A stretch of DNA of 64,000 nt from Anaeromyxobacter sp. (GTDB taxonomy: Bacteria > Myxococcota > Myxococcia > Myxococcales > Anaeromyxobacteraceae): positions 128,001 through 192,000 of the forward strand of contig JASGJN010000002.1 in the NCBI GenBank assembly GCA_049840735.1, read 5' to 3'. Below, in pieces: positions 44,645 to 56,036 of the stretch; positions within the stretch are counted from its first letter, which is position 1; every line of letters begins with the position of its first letter. Under the pieces are notes generated by a model. It was given only the letters and a program-made list of their open reading frames with translations, had not been told where the DNA came from and did not search any database. The position numbers and the translations under genes were made by a program.

Positions 44645-45507
44645 GGCAGCTCCGGACCGCCCCGCGGGCGCCGGTAGACCAGGTCGGACGTCAGGTGCAC
44701 CAGCTCGAAGTCGGCGGTGACGTTGAGCAGCGACTCGGCGTGCCCGAGCAGCAGCCACCCGCCCGCGCGCATCCGCTGGTGCACGCGGCGGAGCATGGTC
44801 CGGCGCGCCTCCAGGTCGAAGTAGATGATCACGTTCCGGCAGAACACCACGTCCAGCCGCGAGACCGAGGCCAGCGCGCGCGGGTGGAGCAGGTTCTCGC
44901 GCTGGAACCGCACCATGCTCCTCAGCGCGTCGTCCACCACCCACTTGCCCCCGCGCAGGTGGAACCACTTGCGCATGACGTGGGCCTCCGGCGCGCGGAA
45001 GGCGTGCTCGCCGTAGGCGCCGGCCCGCGCCTGGGCGATGCACCGGCGCGAGATGTCGGCCCCCACCACCTCCACCTCCCACCCCTCGAACAGCCCGGCG
45101 GCCCGGATCAGCGCCGCGATGGTGTAGACCTCCTCGCCGGTGCTGCAGCCGGCCGACAGGACGCGCAGCCGCCGGTCGGCGGCGTTGGCCTCGGCCAGCG
45201 CCGGGAGGATCTCCTCGGCGAACGCCTTCAGCTGGTAGGGCTCGCGGTAGAAGTAGGTCTCGTTGGTGGTGAGGACGTCGGTGGCCTCCTCCAGCTCCAG
45301 CTCGCCGCCAGGGTCGAAGCGCAGGTACCGGTGGTAGCCGCCGAAGTCCTCCAGGCCGAGCGCCGCCAGCCGCGGCCCGAGCCGCCGCTCCAGCAGGAAG
45401 CGGGCGTCGTCGCGGTACCACAGCCCGCAGTGCTGGTGCACGAGGTCCCGGAGGAGCCGAAACTCCTCCTCGGTCATGGCGGTCAGCCCGGTGGCGAGCG
45501 GGCTCAT
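44641..45507 (-). CDS. cheR: Chemotaxis methyltransferase CheR
   Basis: TTNETYFYRE, SAGCSTGEE, FCRNVIIYF, GHAE. Confidence 0.95.
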   Translation of the reverse strand: MSPLATGLTAMTEEEFRLLRDLVHQHCGLWYRDDARFLLERRLGPRLAALGLEDFGGYHRYLRFDPGGELELEEATDVLTTNETYFYREPYQLKAFAEEILPALAEANAADRRLRVLSAGCSTGEEVYTIAALIRAAGLFEGWEVEVVGADISRRCIAQARAGAYGEHAFRAPEAHVMRKWFHLRGGKWVVDDALRSMVRFQRENLLHPRALASVSRLDVVFCRNVIIYFDLEARRTMLRRVHQRMRAGGWLLLGHAESLLNVTADFELVHLTSDLVYRRPRGGPELP

Positions 45508-47597
45508 CGGACGGCCGCGCGGCCGGACAGGGCCCCGGCCGCCTCCGCAAACGCGCGCGCCACCAGCGGGTCGGGGTCGCTCCCGGAGCGCTCCAGCGCC
45601 AGCTCGCGCAGCGCCGGGTCCCCGCGCCCGGCCACGGCCCGCGCCACCGCCTGGCGCACGTCCCAGCGCGGGCTCGCCGCGGCCGCCCGCAGCAGCCGCA
45701 CGCCGGCGTCGCCGGGCAGGCTCGCCGCCGCGGCCACCCCCTCCTTCACCACCTCCGGATCGGCGCTGCCGATGGCCCGCTCCACCACGTCCTCGGGGGC
45801 GCCGCCCAGCGCCACCAGCGCGCGCAGCGCGCCCACCGCCACCACCGGCGGCAGGTCCCGCTCGCGCGCCACCGCCGCGATGGCCGCGGCGTGCTCGGGG
45901 CGGCCGCAGGCGCCCAGCGCCTCCACCACCACCGCCCGGACCGCCGGCTCGGGGTCGGCCAGCGCCCCCTCCAGCCGCCGCACGCCCGCCGCGCCCACCA
46001 GGTCGAGCCCCTCCGCCCCGCGGCTGCGCCGCGCCAGCTCCAGGAACGCCCGCGCCGCGGCGGCGCGCACCGACCAGGCGGCGTCGCCCAGGGCCCCGGC
46101 CAGCTCGGCCGGCGCCTGGCCTGCCAGCGCGCCGCGCTGCGCCAGCGTGGAGATGGCCCCGGCCGCCGCCATGCGCTGCACCACCGAGAGCCGCCCCAGG
46201 CCGGCCCGCAGCCGCTCCACATCCACCGTGTCGCCCAGCGCGCCCAGCACGCGAAACAGCGCCGCCGACGGGCTGGCGCCGGCCCGGTCGCGCAGGGCCG
46301 CCAGCGCCGCCTCCCGCGCCCGCGGGCTCTCCTGCCCCAGCCGCACCAGCGCGGTGGCCGCGATGCCGGAGACCGCGGGCGCGTCGTCGCCCAGCAGCCC
46401 GGCCAGCGGCGCCACGGCGCGCGGGTCGCGCAGCCGCCCCAGCGCGGCGATGGCCTCCGCCTGCAGGTACCCGTCGGGATCGCTGGCCTCGCGGGCCAGC
46501 GACTCCAGCGCCGCCGGGCTCCCCTGCCCCGCCAGCACCGCCAGCGCGGTGATCCGGCCGAACGGGCCCTGCTGCTCCAGCGCCGCGGCCACGGCCTCCT
46601 GCAGCGCCGGCCCGCGGGGCAGCGCCTCGAGCACCTCCTCCACGTACGGCCGGAGCCGGTCCTCCTCGGCCGCCGCCAGCAGCGCGCCCACCTCCGCCAC
46701 CGCCCCGGTCCAGCCCAGCACGGCCAGCGCGCCGACCGCCACGAACGGCTCCTCCGAGCCCAGCGCCGCGGCGCAGGCGGCCGCCGCCTCGGGCTGGACC
46801 GCCGCGCGCACCGCCTCGGCCAGCGGCTCGAGCTCGGCCGAGGTCCGGCGCGAGCGCTGCTGCCCCACGCCGGCCAGCGCCGCCTCGCGCGCGCCGCGCG
46901 ACGGCTCCAGCAGCCCCCGGGCCAGCAGCGCCGCCGCGCCCGGCTCGTCGCTCGCGCCCAGGCTCCGGTAGGCCGGGCGGCGCAGGGCGCGATCGCCCAG
47001 CAGCGCCTCCACCCGGCGCACCGGCGGGGATACCCGCTGCACGCCCAGGGCCTCCAGCGCCGCCAGGCGCAGCGTCCCCTCGTCCGAGTCCAGCGCCGCC
47101 AGCAGGGTCGCCACCGCCTCCGGCCCGCCGATTCTGCCCAGGGCCTCGGCCGCGGCGAAGCGCACGTTGGGATCCGGGTCGGCCAGGCGCGCCGCCAGCG
47201 GCGCCACCGCCCGGCGATCGCCGAGCGGCCCCAGCACGCTGGCCGCGGCCTGGCGCAGGTCCGGGTCGCTCCCGTCCAGCCGCTCGATCAGCGGCGCCAC
47301 CACCTCGGCCCCTCGACGCACCAGCGCGGCCGCCGCGGCGTCGCGGGCGCCCACGTTCTCGCCGCCGGAGAGGCGCGCCAGCAGCACCGGCAGGACCGCA
47401 GCGGCGTCGGCGGCGCCGGCCAGCCGCTCCACCGCCGCGCTGCGCACGCGCCAGCTCGAGTCGCCCAGCAGCACGCCCAGGAGCTCGCGCTCCGCGGCGT
47501 CGGCGGGGTCCAGCTCGCCGGCGGCGCGGTACCGGATCTCGTCGTCGGGGTCCGCCACGCGGGCGCGGCGGTGGCTGCGGGCGTCGCTGGTGGTCAT
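45504..47597 (-). CDS. HEAT-repeat protein
   Basis: Repeated LxDxDxxVRxxAAxALG helices over 697 aa; translationally coupled within the che cluster. Confidence 0.9.
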   Translation of the reverse strand: MTTSDARSHRRARVADPDDEIRYRAAGELDPADAAERELLGVLLGDSSWRVRSAAVERLAGAADAAAVLPVLLARLSGGENVGARDAAAAALVRRGAEVVAPLIERLDGSDPDLRQAAASVLGPLGDRRAVAPLAARLADPDPNVRFAAAEALGRIGGPEAVATLLAALDSDEGTLRLAALEALGVQRVSPPVRRVEALLGDRALRRPAYRSLGASDEPGAAALLARGLLEPSRGAREAALAGVGQQRSRRTSAELEPLAEAVRAAVQPEAAAACAAALGSEEPFVAVGALAVLGWTGAVAEVGALLAAAEEDRLRPYVEEVLEALPRGPALQEAVAAALEQQGPFGRITALAVLAGQGSPAALESLAREASDPDGYLQAEAIAALGRLRDPRAVAPLAGLLGDDAPAVSGIAATALVRLGQESPRAREAALAALRDRAGASPSAALFRVLGALGDTVDVERLRAGLGRLSVVQRMAAAGAISTLAQRGALAGQAPAELAGALGDAAWSVRAAAARAFLELARRSRGAEGLDLVGAAGVRRLEGALADPEPAVRAVVVEALGACGRPEHAAAIAAVARERDLPPVVAVGALRALVALGGAPEDVVERAIGSADPEVVKEGVAAAASLPGDAGVRLLRAAAASPRWDVRQAVARAVAGRGDPALRELALERSGSDPDPLVARAFAEAAGALSGRAAVR

Positions 47598-48163
47598 GCC
47601 TGCCTCGAGGCCTCGGCCAGGGCGCGCGCCAGCTCGGCCTCGCCGGGCGAGGCGGGCTCGAGCAGCGCCTTCACGTTGAGGAGCAGCCGCAGCCGGTGGG
47701 CGCCCGGCCCGCCGCGCCGCCCCGAGCCCGCGCCGCCGCCGGCGGCCTCGCCGCCGCAGACGCCCAGGAAGAAGCGGGGGCCGCCGCCCTCCACCAGGCC
47801 CGGCGCCGGCCGGATCTCGGCCCGCTGGATGCGCAGCACCTCGGTCACCTCGTCCACCACCAGCCCCACCCTGCGGCCGGCCACGTTGACGATCAGGTAC
47901 TTGGTCTTGCGCGTGGCGGGCGCCACGGGCAGCCCCAGGCGCCGCCGCACGTCCAGCACCGGGATCACCTCGCCGCGGAGCCGCACCACGCCCTCCACGA
48001 AGGCCGGCGCGCGCGGCACCGGGGTGATGGGCGCGGGCGGGATGATCTCCCGGACGCGCATGATGTCGATGGCGTAGTCCTCGCCCCCCACGCGGAAGGT
48101 GCAGAGCTGGACCAGCGCGTCCTCCGCAGGAGGGCGCCCCCCGGCGCCGGCCTCAGCCGCCAT
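47594..48163 (-). CDS. cheW: CheW
   Basis: FRVGGEDYAIDI, VPRAPAFVEGVVRLRGEVIPV, GLVVDEV. Confidence 0.92.
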   Translation of the reverse strand: MAAEAGAGGRPPAEDALVQLCTFRVGGEDYAIDIMRVREIIPPAPITPVPRAPAFVEGVVRLRGEVIPVLDVRRRLGLPVAPATRKTKYLIVNVAGRRVGLVVDEVTEVLRIQRAEIRPAPGLVEGGGPRFFLGVCGGEAAGGGAGSGRRGGPGAHRLRLLLNVKALLEPASPGEAELARALAEASRQA

Positions 48164-49433
48164 GGCCCCTCCCCTCGGCGCGGCGGCCAGCGCCGCCCTT
48201 GCGCAGCAGCGCCGGCACCTCCAGGACCGTGAAGAGCCGGCCGCGCTCGCGCCCGATGCCGGCCAGGCACTCGGCGGCCGCGCCGGCGATCCCCTGCGGG
48301 CAGGGCTCGATGGAGCCGCGGGGCAGGCGCACCACGCTGGCGAGCTTGTCCACCAGCAGTCCGCAGGGCCCCTCGCCGTCGTCCACGATCACGATGCGCC
48401 CGGTCAGCTCCACGTCCGGCGACGGCGGCAGCCCCAGCCGCAGGCGCGGGTCGAACACCGCCACCACGTCGCCGCGCACCGTCACCACCCCCAGGATGAA
48501 GGCGGGCGCGCGCGGCACCTCGGTGATGGGCGGGGCCTTCAGCACCTCGCGGACCCGGCCGATGGGCACCGCGTACTCCTCCGCGCCCAGCAGGAAGGTC
48601 AGGTACTCGTCCACCGAGTCGTCCTCGGCGGCGGCGGGCGGCGCAGGCGCGGCCGGGACCGCCGCCAGCGCCGGGAGCGCCGGGCCGGCCTCGTCGGCCC
48701 GGAAGAAGAAGTCGTCCAGGGAGTCCGCGGCCGGGACCGGCGTCGGCGCTGGCGCCGCGGCGGGCGCGCCGGGCCGCCAGGGCCGGGCCGGGTCGGGCGC
48801 AGGCGGGAGCGGCAGCGGCCCCAGCACGGCCGGCGCGAGCGCCGGCTGCGGCGCGAGCGGCGCCATGGGCGCGAGCGGCGCCATGGGCGCGAGCGGCGCG
48901 CTGGTCGAGGGCGGGGCCACCACCGGCCCGGCCGCCGGCGCCGGTGCGCCCGCGGCGCCGGGGGCGTAGACGGCGAAGTCGGCCGGCTCGGGCTTCACCG
49001 AGGGCAGCTCGGGGCCGGGGATGAGCGGGCGCTGGCCGCTGCCGGGGCGCCAGGTGGTGAACTGCGAGGCGTCCACGTGCTGCTCGACCTGGGCGGCCGT
49101 CTCCGGCCCGACCACGGTCTCGGCGGCGCGCGCCGAGGCGGGGATGATCACCGGGTAGCCGCCGTCGCGCGCGGGCTCGGCGGGCGGGCCGGGCGCGGGG
49201 CCGCGCCCGGCGGGAGCGGGCGGCGGCGCGGCGCGGCGCGGCGGACGGCTGGGCTCCGGCGTCGGCTCGGCCGCGGCGACCGCGGCGGCAGCGACCGCCT
49301 GTGCCAGCGCCGCGGGGGCGTCCGGATCGGCCTCCGGCGCGGCGGCGGGAGCCGCCGGAGCCTGGGACGGGGCGGCGCCTTCGCGCGCCGCGGCCCGCTC
49401 CTTGGCCTTCTTGCGGATCTCCAGGAAGTCCAT
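48153..49433 (-). CDS. cheW: CheW with long Pro/Ala-rich N-terminal extension
   Basis: MDFLEIRKKAK, ~280-aa low-complexity region, then YLTFLLGAEEYAV...VPRAPAFILGVVTVRG. Confidence 0.88.
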   Translation of the reverse strand: MDFLEIRKKAKERAAAREGAAPSQAPAAPAAAPEADPDAPAALAQAVAAAAVAAAEPTPEPSRPPRRAAPPPAPAGRGPAPGPPAEPARDGGYPVIIPASARAAETVVGPETAAQVEQHVDASQFTTWRPGSGQRPLIPGPELPSVKPEPADFAVYAPGAAGAPAPAAGPVVAPPSTSAPLAPMAPLAPMAPLAPQPALAPAVLGPLPLPPAPDPARPWRPGAPAAAPAPTPVPAADSLDDFFFRADEAGPALPALAAVPAAPAPPAAAEDDSVDEYLTFLLGAEEYAVPIGRVREVLKAPPITEVPRAPAFILGVVTVRGDVVAVFDPRLRLGLPPSPDVELTGRIVIVDDGEGPCGLLVDKLASVVRLPRGSIEPCPQGIAGAAAECLAGIGRERGRLFTVLEVPALLRKGGAGRRAEGRGHGG

Positions 49434-49447
49434 CGCCGGCGAGGAGT

Positions 49448-50271
49448 CTACCCTGCCCGGCGCGAGGCCCCAAGGAAGGCGGCCAGGTCGGCCACGGCCG
49501 CCTCGACCACATCCGCGGACACCGGATCCGCCTCCCGCGCGAACCCCTCCAGCAGCGCCGCCGCGGCCAGCTGGTTGAGGCGCCGCGGGACGCCGCCGGC
49601 GGCCTGGTGCAGCGCGTCCATCGCCTCCGGGGTGAACAGGGGCGCCGCCCGGCCCGCCACCTGGACGCGGTGGGCCAGATATCGCCCGGTTCCTCCCGGT
49701 CGAGCGGCCCCAGGTGGTAGGCGACCCCCACCCGCTGCCAGAAGGGCTCGCCGCCCCGGGCCATGAGCCGCTCCCGCAGCTCCGGCTGGCCGATCAGCAC
49801 CAGCCCCAGCAGCGCGCGGTCGTCGGCGGCCAGGTTGGTGAGCAGCCGCAGCTCGTCGTAGGCCGCCCGCCCCGGCAGCAGCTGGGCCTCGTCGATCACC
49901 ACCACCGCGAAGCTCCCCTGCGCGTCCAGCCCGGCCACGTGCTCGGCCAGGCGGCCGAACAGCTCGGCCTTGCGGCGCGCCGGCGCCAGCCCGAACCCCT
50001 CGGCCACCGCCTCCAGCAGCTGCGCGGGCGGCAGCGCCGGGTGCACCACGAAGCTGAACCGGCAGCGGTCGGCGTAGGCGTCCACCAGGGCGCGAGAGAG
50101 GGTGGTCTTGCCGGCCCCCACGTCGCCGGTCAGCACCGCCACCTCGCGCTCCTCCAGGGCGTGGGAGAGCCGGGCCAGCGCCTCGGCGTGCTGCCGCGAC
50201 GGGTAGAGGAACGCCGGGTCGGGCGTCTTGGAGAAGGGCTTGCGGGCGAGGCCGTAGAACTCGAGGTACAT
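49448..50271 (-). CDS. ExeA/GspA-like AAA ATPase, frameshift near 49690
   Basis: MYLEFYGLARKPFSKTPDP, GDVGAGKTT, VIDEAQ, LIGQPEL, GGVPRRLN. Confidence 0.88.
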
Positions 50272-50293
50272 GGCGTGGCTCCGCGGCCCGGGC

Positions 50294-52446
50294 TCAGCCC
50301 GGCAGCGCCTCCCTCAGCGCGTCGCCCGCCACCACCTCCTCGACGATGGCGGCCACGTCCAGCACCAGCACGGTGCGCCGGCTGCCCAGGTCGGTGGCGC
50401 CGGCGAAGCCGCGCACGCCGTGCAGCGCGGCGCCCAGCGGCTTCACCACGATGTCCTGCTGCCCGACCAGCTCGTCCACGGCGATCCCCAGCCGCTCCTG
50501 CGCCAGCCCGACCACCACCACGAAGAACCGGTCCGGCGCGCGGGTGGACCCGTGGCCGAAGAACCGCCCCAGGCGCAGCAGCGGCAGCGTCGCGCCGCGG
50601 AGCGAGATCACCTCGCGGGTGGAGAGGGTGCGGACGTCCTCCGCCCGGATCTCCAGGATCTCCAGCACGCTGTTGAGCGGCACGGCGTAGATGCGCCCGA
50701 CCACCGAGACCACCAGCGCGCGGAGGATGGCCAGGGTGACCGGGAGCGTGATCTCGAAGCGGGTGCCGCGGCCGCGCTCGGTCTGCAGGTCGATGATCCC
50801 GGAGAGCTCGGCGATGTTGTTCTTCACCACGTCCAGCCCCACGCCGCGGCCGGACAGGGCCGTCACCTGCCGCGCGGTGGAGAAGCCGGGGGTGAAGATG
50901 AGGTTCATGACGTCGCGCCGGGAGAGGTCGGCCAGCGAGGCGGCCGTGGCCAGGCCGCGCTCGACCGCCACCTGCCGGATCCGGTCCTCGTCCATGCCCG
51001 CGCCGTCGTCCTCGACCACGATCTGCACGTGGTTGCCGCGCTGGGCCGCGGCCAGCCGCACGCGCCCCACCTCCGGCTTTCCGGCGCGCCGGCGCACCTC
51101 CGGCCCCTCGACGCCGTGGTCGATGGAGTTGCGGATCAGGTGCATGAGCGGGTCGGACAGCTCCTCGACGATGAGCTTGTCCAGCTCGACGTCCCCGCCC
51201 GCCACCTCGAAGTCGATTCTCCTTGCCCACCTCGCGCGCCAGCTTGCGCACCATCCGCGCCAGCTTGTCGAAGACCTGCTCGAGGGGGACCATGCGCACC
51301 TCGAGGATGCCGGACTGCAGCTCGTCCAGCTTCCGCTCCAGGGCGCGGGTGGAGCGGTAGAGCTCGGCGGCCAGCCCCGGGTCCCCCTCCCCCTTGTAGC
51401 GCTCGGAGAGCGCCAGCAGCATGGACTTGACCAGCACCAGCTCGCCCACCGCGTTCATGAGCCGGTCGAGCTTGTGGATGTCCACCCGGACCGACTGCGA
51501 GGCCGAGCGGAGCGAGGGCGGCTCCTCCGGCGCGGCGTCCGGCACCGGGGAGAGCGCGGCGCCGGCCGGGCCGGCGGGCGGCGCGGCGGCGGGCGCAGGC
51601 GGCGCCCGGGCGGGCGGCTCGGGCGCCGGCGAGCGCGACGGCGGCGCGGGGGACGCCGGCGCGGCCTCGGCCCGCGGTGGCGGGCGGAGGGCCGCGGCGG
51701 CGCCCTTGCGGGCCACCGGCTCCACCGCGGCGCCGGCGCCGGCCTCGCGCAGCACGGTGGCGGCCGGCTCGCGCGAGGCGAACAGCAGCTCGAAGGCGAT
51801 GGCCAGCGGGTCGCGCGCGTCGGAGGACGGCAGCGTGGAGACCACCTCGCCGTGCCGCTTGAGCCGGGCGTTGAGCTCGGAGAGCTCCCTGTCGAAGGTC
51901 TCCAGCGGGAAGCCGACCTTGACGCGGTACAGCGAGAGCCCCTTCTGCACGTTGGCGCGCAGCCGGTGCTCCTCGTACTCGGTCAGCACCCCGCGGACGC
52001 CGGGCGGCAGGTCGATTCTGGTCGAGGACGTCGCCTGGCTCGGCCGCCGCGGCCGCCTCGCGCGAGCGGAGCCGGTCGGCCAGCCTCGCGGCGGCGTCGG
52101 TGGTCTGCGGCGGCCGCCCCTCCGACTCCTCGGCGATGATCCGGCTGAACAGCTCCGGGGCCTCCAGGAGCAGGCTGCTGGCGGCCCGGTCCAGCGGGCG
52201 CCGCCCCATCCGCACGTCGTCGAGCAGGTCCTCCAGGGCGTGGGCCAGCCGCGCCATGCGCTCCACCCCGAACATCGAGGAGAGCCCCTTGAGCGTGTGG
52301 GCGGCCCGGAAGACGGCGTTGAGCAGGTCGGGATCGGCCTCCTCGCCGCCGTCGTCGAGGCGGAGCAGGTCCCGGCCGAGCGCGTCGATGTTCTCCTGGG
52401 CCTCGGAGACGAACTCGCTGAGCGCCTTCTGGGAGCGTTCGGACAT
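50294..52446 (-). CDS. cheA: Chemotaxis histidine kinase CheA, frameshifts at ~52016 and ~51217
   Basis: Hpt FRAAHTLKG, SVRVD...VGELV, HLIRNSIDHG, DDGAG, GFST, SGRGVGLDVV, P5 domain. Confidence 0.95.
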
Positions 52447-52504
52447 CGGACGGGGGCCTCGCCTCGGGCGCCGGGGGCGCCGCGGCGGACCGCCGGAGCG
52501 CGCC

Positions 52505-53083
52505 TCAGCGTATCACGGCACCGACGTGCGGCAAGGCGCGGCCCCGGGCCGGCATCTCCACGCGCGAAGGTGGGACCACCACCTCCACCGAGGCGCCGCT
52601 CTCCTGGGCCGCCGCCGAGAGCTCCCGCTGCAGCACCCGCGGCTCGCCCAGCAGCACCTGCCGCCGGACCGGCCGGACCAGGCTGGCCTCCAGCCAGAGC
52701 CGCGCCGCCAGGGCCGCGTCGCCGGCCAGGAGCGGCATGCTGGTGCCGAAGGACTCGTTGCCGGCGCGCGCCATGGCCTCGCAGGCCTGCCGCGTGGCGC
52801 GCAGGAAGGCATCGGCGGTGAGCGCGGCGCTCCCGGGCAGGCCGAAGCAGAAGATGCGGGTGGCCCGGACCCGGCCGCCGGAGGGGAGCAGCAGCGCCTC
52901 GTCGGCGTGGCCGTCAAAGAAGCCGTTGCGGATGGCCCGCGAGATGGCGCCGCACATGCGCCAGTCGGCGTAGCCGGCGAACCCCTGCAGCGGCCGCTCC
53001 GGCCCCACGAAGACCGCCAGCGCGTCCACGTCCAGCCCGTCGAGCGCCGCCAGCCCCAGCTCCGCCACCTCGATCTTGAGCAC
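52505..53083 (-). CDS. Stand-alone M17 aminopeptidase N-terminal-like domain protein
   Basis: ERPLQGFAGYADWRMCGAISR...EALLLP...IFCFGL; no catalytic domain. Confidence 0.6.
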   Translation of the reverse strand: MLKIEVAELGLAALDGLDVDALAVFVGPERPLQGFAGYADWRMCGAISRAIRNGFFDGHADEALLLPSGGRVRATRIFCFGLPGSAALTADAFLRATRQACEAMARAGNESFGTSMPLLAGDAALAARLWLEASLVRPVRRQVLLGEPRVLQRELSAAAQESGASVEVVVPPSRVEMPARGRALPHVGAVIR

Positions 53084-53116
53084 GCGCAGGGTCCCTCTCT
53101 CCGCCCGGGCGCCGGC

Positions 53117-53539
53117 CTAGCGGCGCCGCTCCGCGGGCAGCTCGGAGGCGATCCGGTCGAGCACGCCGTTCACGAACGCGCCCGAGCTCTCCGAGCCGTA
53201 CTTCTTCCCCAGCTCGATCGCCTCGTTGATGGCCACCTTCACCGGCACGTCGGTCCGGAGCAGCTCGTAGACCGCCAGCCGGAGCACGTTCCGGTCCACC
53301 TTGGGCATCCGGTCGAGCCGCCAGTTGCTGGACGCGCCCTCGATGGCCTCGTCCACCGCGCGGCGGTGCTCGGCCACGCCGCGCACCATCCCCTCGGCCA
53401 GCTCGCGCACCTCGCGCTCCACCGGCTCGAAGCTCTTCCAGAAGCGCGCCAGGGCGTCCTCGATGCCCTCGGCCGCGACGTCGATCTGGTACAGCGCCTG
53501 GAGGGCCCGCTCGCGGGCCTTGGTCCGCCGTCCGGTCAC
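53117..53539 (-). CDS. nusB: Transcription antitermination factor NusB
   Basis: [39 protein letters not shown]. Confidence 0.96.
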   Translation of the reverse strand: MTGRRTKARERALQALYQIDVAAEGIEDALARFWKSFEPVEREVRELAEGMVRGVAEHRRAVDEAIEGASSNWRLDRMPKVDRNVLRLAVYELLRTDVPVKVAINEAIELGKKYGSESSGAFVNGVLDRIASELPAERRR

Positions 53540-53542
53540 GCG

Positions 53543-54034
53543 CTACTCCGTCCGCCGCGGCGCGGGCAGCCTGGCCGCCTCGCGCAGCACGTTGGCCTGC
53601 TCGATCGCCGCCGTCGCCGCCTCGGCGCCCTTGTTCCCCGCCTTCACCCCGGCCCGCTCCAGCGCCTGCTCCATGGTGTCGCAGGTCAGGATGCCCATCG
53701 AGACCGCGCAGCCGGCCTCCAGGGCCACCTGGGCCACGCCCTTGGTGGCCTCGCCGGCCACGTACTCGAAGTGCGGGGTGCCGCCGCGGATCACCGCCCC
53801 CAGCGCGACCACCAGGTCGTAGCGGCCGGAGAGGGCCACGCGCTTCAGCAGCGCCGGCAGCTCGAACGTGCCCGGGCAGCGGAAGACGTCGATGTCGTCC
53901 TTGCCCACGCCGTGCCGGCGGAGCGCGTCGTCCGCGCCCGCCAGGAGCTGCTCGGTGACCAGCGAGTTGAACCGCGCCACCACCAGGCACGCCTTGAGCC
54001 CGGTCGCGACCAGCTTCCCCTCGTAGACGTTCAT
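53543..54034 (-). CDS. ribH: 6,7-dimethyl-8-ribityllumazine synthase
   Basis: [30 protein letters not shown]. Confidence 0.96.
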   Translation of the reverse strand: MNVYEGKLVATGLKACLVVARFNSLVTEQLLAGADDALRRHGVGKDDIDVFRCPGTFELPALLKRVALSGRYDLVVALGAVIRGGTPHFEYVAGEATKGVAQVALEAGCAVSMGILTCDTMEQALERAGVKAGNKGAEAATAAIEQANVLREAARLPAPRRTE

Positions 54035-55371
54035 GACTTGCTCCTTCCCTTCGGGGCCGCGCGCCCGGCGCGCACGCGCCGGCCGGACCGCTCCGCCGCG
54101 CCCCCGCCGCCCGCGGCGCGGGCCTTGGCGGCCCGCGGCGCCGGCGACGGCTTGAGCGTCAGCAGGTGCCCCATCTTGTCCCGCTTGGTGGTGAGGTAGG
54201 CCCGGTTGCGGCGGGTGGGCGCCATCTCGATGGGCACCCGCTCCACCACCTCCAGCCCGTACCCCTCGAGCCCGATGATCTTCTTCGGGTTGTTGGTGAG
54301 CAGCCGCATCTTGCGGATGCCGAGGTCGCGCAGGATCTGGGCGCCGATGCCGTAGTCGCGGAGGTCGGGCTTGAAGCCCAGCTTCACGTTGGCCTCGAGC
54401 GTGTCGTAGCCCTGGTCCTGCAGGTTGTAGGCCTTGAGCTTGTTGACCAGGCCGATGCCGCGCCCCTCCTGATCCAGGTAGAGGAGCACGCCCTTGCCCG
54501 CCCGCTCGATCTGCTGGAGGGCCGCGTGCAGCTGCGGGCCGCAGTCGCACCGCTCGCTGCCGAACACGTCGCCGGTCAGGCACTTGGAGTGGACGCGCAC
54601 CAGCACCGGGTCGCCCTCGCGCCAGCGCCCCTTCACCAGCGCCACGTGCTGGTTGCGGTCCACCTCGTTCTCGTAGGCCACGGCGCGGAAGCCGCCGTAC
54701 ACGGTGGGCAGCGGCGCGTCGGCGGCGCGGTGGACCAGCGCGTCCTTGAGCATCCGGTAGGCGATGAGGTCCGCCACCGAGACGATGGGCAGGTCGTGCG
54801 CCCGGGAGAGGACCTCCAGCTCCGGGCGGCGCGCCATGGTGCCGTCGTCGTTCATCACCTCGCAGATCACGCCGGCCGGCTTGAGGCCGGCCAGCCGCGC
54901 CAGGTCGACCGAGCCCTCGGTCTGGCCGGCGCGCACCAGCACGCCGCCGCGCCGCGCCCGCAGCGGGAAGACGTGGCCGGGTCGGGCCAGGTCCTCGGGG
55001 CGGCAGTCGTCGCCGACCGCGGTGAGGATGGTGTGGGCCCGGTCCTTGGCGCTGATGCCGGTGGTGACGCCCTCGCGCGCCTCGATCGACACGGTGAAGG
55101 CGGTGCCGAACGACGACGTGTTGAAGGTGTCGTCCACCATCAGCGGCAGCCGCAGCGACCGGACCTTCTCCTCGGTGAGCGAGAGGCAGATCAGGCCCCG
55201 GCCGTACTTGGCCATGAAGTTGATGGCGGCCGGCGTGACCTTCTCCGCCGCCATGGTGAGGTCGCCCTCGTTCTCGCGGTCCTCGTCGTCGGTGACGATG
55301 ACCATCCGCCCGTCGCGGATCGCCTTCAGCGCGCGCTCCACGCGCTCCACCGCGAGCGCCCTGCCCTTCAT
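54031..55371 (-). CDS. ribBA: Bifunctional DHBP synthase / GTP cyclohydrolase II
   Basis: [52 protein letters not shown]. Confidence 0.97.
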   Translation of the reverse strand: MKGRALAVERVERALKAIRDGRMVIVTDDEDRENEGDLTMAAEKVTPAAINFMAKYGRGLICLSLTEEKVRSLRLPLMVDDTFNTSSFGTAFTVSIEAREGVTTGISAKDRAHTILTAVGDDCRPEDLARPGHVFPLRARRGGVLVRAGQTEGSVDLARLAGLKPAGVICEVMNDDGTMARRPELEVLSRAHDLPIVSVADLIAYRMLKDALVHRAADAPLPTVYGGFRAVAYENEVDRNQHVALVKGRWREGDPVLVRVHSKCLTGDVFGSERCDCGPQLHAALQQIERAGKGVLLYLDQEGRGIGLVNKLKAYNLQDQGYDTLEANVKLGFKPDLRDYGIGAQILRDLGIRKMRLLTNNPKKIIGLEGYGLEVVERVPIEMAPTRRNRAYLTTKRDKMGHLLTLKPSPAPRAAKARAAGGGGAAERSGRRVRAGRAAPKGRSKS

Positions 55372-56024
55372 CGACCGCTCCCCGGGCCGTAGCCCCAGCG
55401 CGCCAGCTCCGCCTCACCCTGGCCCGCGAGGCCGGAGAAGGCCTGCAGGCGCGCCACGTGCCGCGCGATCACGTCCACCTCGAGGTTGACCTTCGTGCCT
55501 GGCCCGGCGTCGGCGAGCGTGGTGCGCGCCAGCGTCTCCGGGATGAGCGCCACGTCGAACCGGTCCCGCCCGGCCGCCGCCACCGTCAGCGAGATGCCGT
55601 CCACCGCGATCGAGCCCTTCTCCGCCACCAGCGGCGCCAGCTCCGGGGGCAGCGCGAAGGTGAGCCGCACCCCCTGCCCCTCCGGCACCCGCCGCAGCAG
55701 CGCCGCCACCCCGTCCACGTGCCCCTGAACCAGGTGGCCGTCCAGGCGGTCGCCCAGCGCCAGCGCCCGCTCCAGATTCACGCGCGTCCCGGGCCGCCAG
55801 CTGCCCAGCGTGGTGCGCGCCAGCGTCTCGGGGACGGCGTCGAAGGAGGCCAGCCCCGCCCCGCGCTCCACCACGGTCAGGCACGCGCCGGAGCAGCAGA
55901 CGCTCTCGCCCAGCTTCAGCTCGTCCACCGGCAGGCGCTGCGGGCGCAGGGTGAGCCGGGCGCCCCCCTGCCGCGGGGTGATGCGCTCCACCACCCCCAT
56001 GTCCGCGATGAGCCCGGTGAACAT
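55368..56024 (-). CDS. ribE: Riboflavin synthase alpha chain
   Basis: [35 protein letters not shown]. Confidence 0.96.
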   Translation of the reverse strand: MFTGLIADMGVVERITPRQGGARLTLRPQRLPVDELKLGESVCCSGACLTVVERGAGLASFDAVPETLARTTLGSWRPGTRVNLERALALGDRLDGHLVQGHVDGVAALLRRVPEGQGVRLTFALPPELAPLVAEKGSIAVDGISLTVAAAGRDRFDVALIPETLARTTLADAGPGTKVNLEVDVIARHVARLQAFSGLAGQGEAELARWGYGPGSGR

Positions 56025-56036
56025 TTCGGCGGAATC

